From contig CAZXEU010000121.1 in NCBI GenBank assembly GCA_964639665.1, positions 48,398-112,397 of the forward strand: a DNA stretch of 64,000 nucleotides, written 5' to 3'. The notes beneath the pieces were generated by a model. That model saw only the letters and a list, made by a program, of their open reading frames with translations, ran no database searches and was not told the origin of the DNA. The DNA comes from an uncultured Rhodothermaceae bacterium (lineage in GTDB: Bacteria; Bacteroidota; Rhodothermia; Rhodothermales; Bin80). Below, one piece after another: positions 59,212-64,000 of the stretch. Position numbers and translations under genes: made by a program. Within the stretch, counting starts at the first letter, position 1. Every line of letters starts with the position of its first letter.

Positions 59212-60720
59212 TCACCGGGGAGCGACATCACGGCCCAGGTCTTGGTGATTCTGCTGCGTGCGCAAATGCCGAAGGCTTCTGCGGTCGTCCATCATGTGCT
59301 CGATGGGGTGCTGGTCCGAGCCAGTGCTGTTCCACGAGCCCAACTCGGCTCGCGCGCGGTCTGCCTCGGCCAGCAGCCGGCCTACAATGTCGGGGTGCCG
59401 TGCAGCCACATCCTCGGTCTCGCCCGGATCCTCCTGCAAATCAAAGAGCAAGGGGGAATCAAGTTCGCGCATGCCCGAATCCCACCAGACCAGCATTTCT
59501 TCCGTTCGCGGGAGGTGCAGTTTCCATCGTCCTTCTCGCACCGCCTGGAGATTCAACCCGTTATAGTAGTAGAGAATGCGAGGTTCTGCCTCTGCAGTCG
59601 CGTGCCCAAACAGCTCCGGGCTCAGGTCCATGCCATCAATAACACGGCCACGCGGCAGCGCTGCGCCTGTTATCGCCGCAATGGTCGGCAGTATATCCAT
59701 CGCGCTAGCCATGGCTTCGATCGTTATTCCAGAGGAAAGGCGAGCGGGCCAGCGCATCAGGCACGGCACGCGCATGCCACCTTCGAAGGTGCTGCCCTTT
59801 CCAGCACGCAACACACCGTTGGAGCCGTACGCTCTGGATGCAGCGGATCCGTTGTCCGAAGTAAAGATTACCAGCGTGTCTGCTGCTTTGTCCGACTCGT
59901 CGAGCCAGCGCAGTATTTCGCCGGTGCTCCAGTCCAGCTCTTCCACCATGTCGCCGTAGACACCGCCGGGTGACCTTCCCGCAAACCTCGGATTGGGCAT
60001 CCAGGGCGCGTGCGAACGCGTGTGTGGAAAATACAGGAAGAACGGTCGCCCGGAATCAGTTCCCATGAAGTCCAGTGAGCGGCGCGTGAAGTGCTCCGTG
60101 ATCGTAGTGACGTGCGCATCAGGATCGACGATGCCGTTGTTTTCCAGCAGCGCCGTCGAGCCGTCGGGATGGGTGTTTCCCACCATGCCGTGAAACAGGT
60201 CAAACCCGTGCCTTACAGGATGGAACTGCGAATCGGACGTAAATCCGGAATGCGTCTTGAAATCGAACCCCTGGGGAAAGCCCAGATGCCATTTGCCGAT
60301 GCAGGCCGTCCTGTAGCCGGCCTGCTTCAGGAGTCGGGCGATGGAAATCTCGCTCTCCTCCAGTCCGAGATCCGTATAGACGCCGCCCACGGCGAACGGC
60401 ATTCCGCACCGCGACGGGTAGCGGCCCGTGAGCAGTGACGCCCGCGAGGGGCTGCACACCGAACACGCGGACTGGTAATCCGTGAACCGAATCCCTTCCT
60501 CCGCCAGACGGTCCAGGTTGGGCGTCCGGATAGTTCGGGATCCGTAGCTGCCCAGATCGCCGTATCCGAGGTCATCGGCCAGGATAAGGACTATGTTGGG
60601 GCCCGCTCGCCGCGGTGCTCCGCCCCAGCAGCCGGCGGCGGTTGCCGCAGCCGCAAATGCAGCCGATCGCAAGAAACTTCGCCGGCTTACTCGCGAGGTG
60701 ATGCCGTTCCAGCTAATCAT
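59212..60720 (-). CDS. Sulfatase (S1, Cys-type formylglycine), Tat signal
   Basis: It has the twin-arginine signal SRRSFLRSAAF, ILADDLGYGDLG, and the CSVCSPSRASLLTGRYPSR (C-x-P-x-R) motif. The ATG at 60720 lies inside the ankyrin gene's 3' end (8-nt overlap). Confidence 0.9.
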   Translation of the reverse strand: MISWNGITSRVSRRSFLRSAAFAAAATAAGCWGGAPRRAGPNIVLILADDLGYGDLGSYGSRTIRTPNLDRLAEEGIRFTDYQSACSVCSPSRASLLTGRYPSRCGMPFAVGGVYTDLGLEESEISIARLLKQAGYRTACIGKWHLGFPQGFDFKTHSGFTSDSQFHPVRHGFDLFHGMVGNTHPDGSTALLENNGIVDPDAHVTTITEHFTRRSLDFMGTDSGRPFFLYFPHTRSHAPWMPNPRFAGRSPGGVYGDMVEELDWSTGEILRWLDESDKAADTLVIFTSDNGSAASRAYGSNGVLRAGKGSTFEGGMRVPCLMRWPARLSSGITIEAMASAMDILPTIAAITGAALPRGRVIDGMDLSPELFGHATAEAEPRILYYYNGLNLQAVREGRWKLHLPRTEEMLVWWDSGMRELDSPLLFDLQEDPGETEDVAARHPDIVGRLLAEADRARAELGSWNSTGSDQHPIEHMMDDRRSLRHLRTQQNHQDLGRDVAPR

Positions 60721-61333
60721 TTTGGGCCTCCGTCTGTGCGCCACGCCCATGCCTGCGCAGCAAATCGGCGACATGGTCATGACCGTAATGCGTTGCCAGT
60801 CCCAAGGGCGTTGCCCCGCTGCCTGTCGCGGAGCTCTCCAGCGCCCCTGCAGCGATGAGTTCGCGTGCCAGTTCAAGGCTTCCGCTGAAGGCTGCCCAGT
60901 GTAGCGGGGTCCAGTCCTGCGCAGCGCTACGGGCCGTGATCTCGGCACCGGCGGCCATAAGCAAGCGCGCCGTGCCTGCCTGTCCCGCCATGGCGGCGCG
61001 CAAGAGCGGAGTCCAGCCATCGATGCCCCGCGCATTTACATCGGCACCGCGATCCAGAAGCAGGGCCGTCATCTCTTCATGGCCCAGCTTTGCCGCCCGG
61101 TGCAGGGGTGTCCAGCCGCCGGCTCCCGCCTCATCGATGCTCGCCTCCGCCTCCAACAGAGCACGGGCGACGGCTACATGACCCCGAGCCGCAGCGCGGT
61201 GCAGCGGAGTCCAGTCTCCCTCGAATTCGTTGACTTCCGCTCCAGCCGCCACGAGAGAATTGACCTCCTCAAGGTCACCCGTATCCGCCGCCCGATGGAG
61301 CGCGTCCACAGCCTGATCACGTCTACTTGCCAT
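60713..61333 (-). CDS. Ankyrin-repeat protein (about 5 repeats), no signal peptide seen
   Basis: It has repeated G-WTPLHRAA-x-GH-x4-LL-x2-GA-x-VN units: DWTPLHRAAARGHVAVARALLEAEASID, GWTPLHRAAKLGHEEMTALLLDRGADVN, GWTPLLRAAMAGQAGTARLLMAAGAEI, and DWTPLHWAAFSG. Confidence 0.85.
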   Translation of the reverse strand: MASRRDQAVDALHRAADTGDLEEVNSLVAAGAEVNEFEGDWTPLHRAAARGHVAVARALLEAEASIDEAGAGGWTPLHRAAKLGHEEMTALLLDRGADVNARGIDGWTPLLRAAMAGQAGTARLLMAAGAEITARSAAQDWTPLHWAAFSGSLELARELIAAGALESSATGSGATPLGLATHYGHDHVADLLRRHGRGAQTEAQND

Positions 61334-61372
61334 CTTGCTGATTGTAAGAAATGAACATTCCCGGTTTGCAGA

Positions 61373-62977
61373 TCAAGGAAATACCTGATCATAGTGGTCG
61401 TTATACCACTGCAGTTCAAGCCGCTCCCGCGCGTCCAGGCCAGTCTGGCGGTTCAGTACCTGGTACCGGTACTGACGGAAAAGACGCAGGTCATCCTGCA
61501 TACTGCGGCTGGCTTCCCGCCAGTGATCACTCCCGTGCCATGCCTTTGGATCTGGGTAATCCGGATGGGAGAATCCGGTTGGCCTGACCGCGGACCCGCG
61601 TACGCCGTAATCGCCCAGCTCCGCCCTTGCCAGGTCGGCCAGCGCCTCCAGGCGCGCAACTACCTCGGGATGCTGCGCTGCCACGTCCCGCTGCTCTCCA
61701 ATATCCTCCCGCAGGTTATAGAGCTGCGGCGAATCGATCAGGGTCGTATTCACGGCAAGCCAGCCGGCGCACTCGCCGTAGATACCCTCGCGCGGCTCGG
61801 GCCGTGCGAGATGCAGCTTCCACGGGCCAGCCCTCACGGCCTGAAGCCATGTACCCGCGTAGTAATAGTAAACATCGTGTGGGCTGGCGCCATTGGCACT
61901 GCCCGTTATCAGCGGCCAGAGATTCTTGCCGTCGATAGTCCGATCCTGCGGCACCTGGGCACCGGCCAGGTGCGCAACCGTGGGCAGGATGTCCATGATT
62001 GTTGCCAGTTCCGTGCAGACGGTGCCAGCTGGAATACGCCCGGGCCACCGCATTACGCACGGGACCCTTACGCCTCCTTCCCACGTGGTGAGCTTGGCAC
62101 CGCGCAGAGGGGCGGCCGAGCCCGACTGATCGTCAAATCCCAGCCAAGGCCCGTTGTCAGACGTAAAGATGACGAGCGTGCGGTCATCCATCCCGAGGTC
62201 TCGCAGGCAGTCCAGGATCAGTCCGGTGCACCAGTCGATTTCCTCGATGGAATCCCCGTACAGACCCGCCGCCGAAGTGCCCGAAAATTCCTTTCCGGGA
62301 TAGATCGGCACGTGCGGCATGGGGTGCGCCAGGTACAGGAAGAACGGCCGCTCTCTGCTGCGCTCGATAAAGCGAATGGACTCTTCGGTGTAGTCCTGGG
62401 TAAATCGAAAGAAATCCGGCCTCTCCGTCAGCTTCCTGTCATTGTAGAAAAGCGGAACCGCGAAGTTTTCAAAAGGCTGCGTGCCCGTAACCATGCGAGT
62501 CCCGTAGAAGAAGTCGAAACCCTGTCTGTTGGGCGCAAAGACATCGTCCTGACCCAGATGCCATTTGCCAATACAGGCTGTAGCGTATCCCTCCTGCTTC
62601 AGCATGTCGGCTATTGTTACCTCGTCTGGACTCATGCCGAAAGGAGCGCCGTAGAGATGCACATCGGGCACTCCGGCCCTTACCGGATAGCTACCGGTCA
62701 GAAGAGCGGCCCGCGAAGGCGAGCATATCGGGCTGACGTAAAAGTCTGTAAACCGGATGCCTTCCGACGCCATTTGATCTATTCGCGGCGTGCGGATGTT
62801 TGGTGACCCGTACACACCCAGGTCGTTGTAGCCCTGGTCATCCGTGAAGATGACTACAAAGTTGGGCGGCTCTCCAGAAGCTGGCCGGCAAGCCTTTAGC
62901 AAACCGGCCAGCGCCAGTGAGGCACTTCCGGCAACAGCAGTGCGAATAAACTCGCGCCGGCTCGTTATAGTGGGCAT
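61373..62977 (-). CDS. Sulfatase (S1, Cys-type), Tat signal
   Basis: It has SRREFIRTAVAG, IFTDDQGYNDLG, and the PICSPSRAALLTGSYPVR motif. The ORF-track start at 62983 is TTG. The first ATG is at 62977, 2 nt after the upstream stop. Confidence 0.9.
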   Translation of the reverse strand: MPTITSRREFIRTAVAGSASLALAGLLKACRPASGEPPNFVVIFTDDQGYNDLGVYGSPNIRTPRIDQMASEGIRFTDFYVSPICSPSRAALLTGSYPVRAGVPDVHLYGAPFGMSPDEVTIADMLKQEGYATACIGKWHLGQDDVFAPNRQGFDFFYGTRMVTGTQPFENFAVPLFYNDRKLTERPDFFRFTQDYTEESIRFIERSRERPFFLYLAHPMPHVPIYPGKEFSGTSAAGLYGDSIEEIDWCTGLILDCLRDLGMDDRTLVIFTSDNGPWLGFDDQSGSAAPLRGAKLTTWEGGVRVPCVMRWPGRIPAGTVCTELATIMDILPTVAHLAGAQVPQDRTIDGKNLWPLITGSANGASPHDVYYYYAGTWLQAVRAGPWKLHLARPEPREGIYGECAGWLAVNTTLIDSPQLYNLREDIGEQRDVAAQHPEVVARLEALADLARAELGDYGVRGSAVRPTGFSHPDYPDPKAWHGSDHWREASRSMQDDLRLFRQYRYQVLNRQTGLDARERLELQWYNDHYDQVFP

Positions 62978-62979
62978 TC

Positions 62980-64000
62980 TCAATTTTCGCCTCGGATTAG
63001 TCGGTGGTCAAGCCGCCCGGTACGGTGGCTCGCTTCGGAAGGCCAGGCAGCGGAGCCCAAAGGACGCGTATTTCGCCCGCGCGTGCCGGTTGCCGCGTCG
63101 CCAAACATCTCCCGTGCCCGCTGCGCTTCGGACTTGAGCTTGTCCACCAGATCAGGGTGCTGGGCGGCCACATTCTGACTCTCGCCTGGATCCTCATCCA
63201 AGTTGTAGAGCCGGGCGGAAGAAAACGGCTCCCTGTGGGCTTCCTTGACCACAAGCTTCCAGGGACCAGAACGGACGGCGTGCAATTCGTCCATCCACAG
63301 ATAATAGAATACGTCGTATGGCGTGTGCGCCGTCGCCGGATAGGACATCAATGGCCAGATGTCCTTTCCGTCTGGAGGGTGCTCGCGCGGCAGGGTGACC
63401 CCTGCCAACCCTGCCAATGTCGGCAACAGGTCCATGGTAGTGGCCAGCGCGTCGCAGCGGCTGCCAGCCGGTATGCGCCCCGGCCACCGCATGAGGCACG
63501 GCACGCGCATGCCTCCTTCCCACGTATTGCCCTTCCCTGCGCGTAGCACGCCGTTGCTGCCCCTTCCCTCGGTTGCCGCATTTCCGTGATCAGACGTAAA
63601 TATGATAAGCGTACTTCGATCAAGACCGGACGCCGAGACTGCGTCCAGCAGCAGCCCCGTGCAGTGATCAATGAGTTCTACGCAAGCGCCGTATGCGCCA
63701 TTGCGGCTGTGGTCAAGAAACGATGGCGGAACCAGATGCGGACCGTGCGGCAGCGTATGAGCAAAGTAGAGAAAGAAAGGGCTCGCGCGGTGCTCTCGCA
63801 CGAAGTCTATGGATTCAGACGTAAATCGCTGCGTCAACAAGCTGCGATCAGGATTCAACTCGACTACATTCTCGTCCCGGTAAAGCGGCAGAGGAGGAAA
63901 GTTGAACCGCGCGCTATTGGGGTGGTCCGGCGCGATGTCGTGGCTGTACGGAAGACCAAGGAAGCTGTCGAAGCCCTGCCGGGTCGGCAAAAAGGAAGGA
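62980..64000 (-). CDS. Sulfatase, 5'-truncated by the window edge
   Basis: The C-terminal two-thirds of a sulfatase fold is present (FTSDHGNAA, GKGNTWEGGMRVPCLMRWPGRIPAG, LYNLDEDPGESQNVAAQHP). It is paralogous to the two downstream sulfatases. The N-terminus and CxPxR motif lie beyond position 64000. Confidence 0.85.
   Translation of the reverse strand, partial: PSFLPTRQGFDSFLGLPYSHDIAPDHPNSARFNFPPLPLYRDENVVELNPDRSLLTQRFTSESIDFVREHRASPFFLYFAHTLPHGPHLVPPSFLDHSRNGAYGACVELIDHCTGLLLDAVSASGLDRSTLIIFTSDHGNAATEGRGSNGVLRAGKGNTWEGGMRVPCLMRWPGRIPAGSRCDALATTMDLLPTLAGLAGVTLPREHPPDGKDIWPLMSYPATAHTPYDVFYYLWMDELHAVRSGPWKLVVKEAHREPFSSARLYNLDEDPGESQNVAAQHPDLVDKLKSEAQRAREMFGDAATGTRGRNTRPLGSAAWPSEASHRTGRLDHRLIRGEN

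Overview
The window is a visibly GC-rich bacterial chromosome segment. SusC/SusD pairs, a GWxTD protein, a Bacillus/Bacteroidota-type fadN-fadA-fadE operon and a TAnnTTTG-like promoter box suggest a Bacteroidota/Rhodothermota-like lineage; this is an inference. I recognised no rRNA, CRISPR array, transposase, integrase or phage genes.

Positions 1-37.5 kb are mostly housekeeping genes:
- dnaE, interrupted by a 157-codon mini-intein
- arsC and a class I amidotransferase
- ppk1 translationally coupled to dnaG, with ppgK divergent from dnaG, followed by dapD and deoC
- a BtuF/BtuC-like ABC pair with no ATPase gene
- a polyprenyl synthase
- an mntA-like antitoxin followed by what looks like a decayed hepT
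- the fad operon, two OsmC paralogues, a GH13 enzyme, an amidohydrolase, and a PlsC-like/CysQ-like/HsdR_N trio

tRNA-Pro(CGG) lies at 37513-37586. Beyond it the content becomes carbohydrate-accessory:
- A minus-strand deoxy-hexose operon: FucI-family isomerase, class II aldolase, FucP, bifunctional aldolase/SDR and a second small aldolase. No sugar kinase is present.
- A LacI-family regulator.
- A polysaccharide utilization locus: SusC, SusD, GH116, two uncharacterized proteins, three tandem Cys-type sulfatases and an embedded ankyrin-repeat protein.

The most notable observations are:
- the DnaE mini-intein, which sits at a junction different from the cyanobacterial split-intein site as I remember it
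- a TGTTAA-NN-TTAACA palindrome family upstream of both the fucI-like operon and susC, which may link them in one LacI regulon
- the sulfatase/ankyrin/unknown-protein PUL, which has no recognisable backbone-cleaving enzyme and no sulfatase maturase

All protein calls rest on motif recognition by eye. No database search was run. The ORF track prints M for some TTG/GTG starts, so several starts were re-derived from the DNA.
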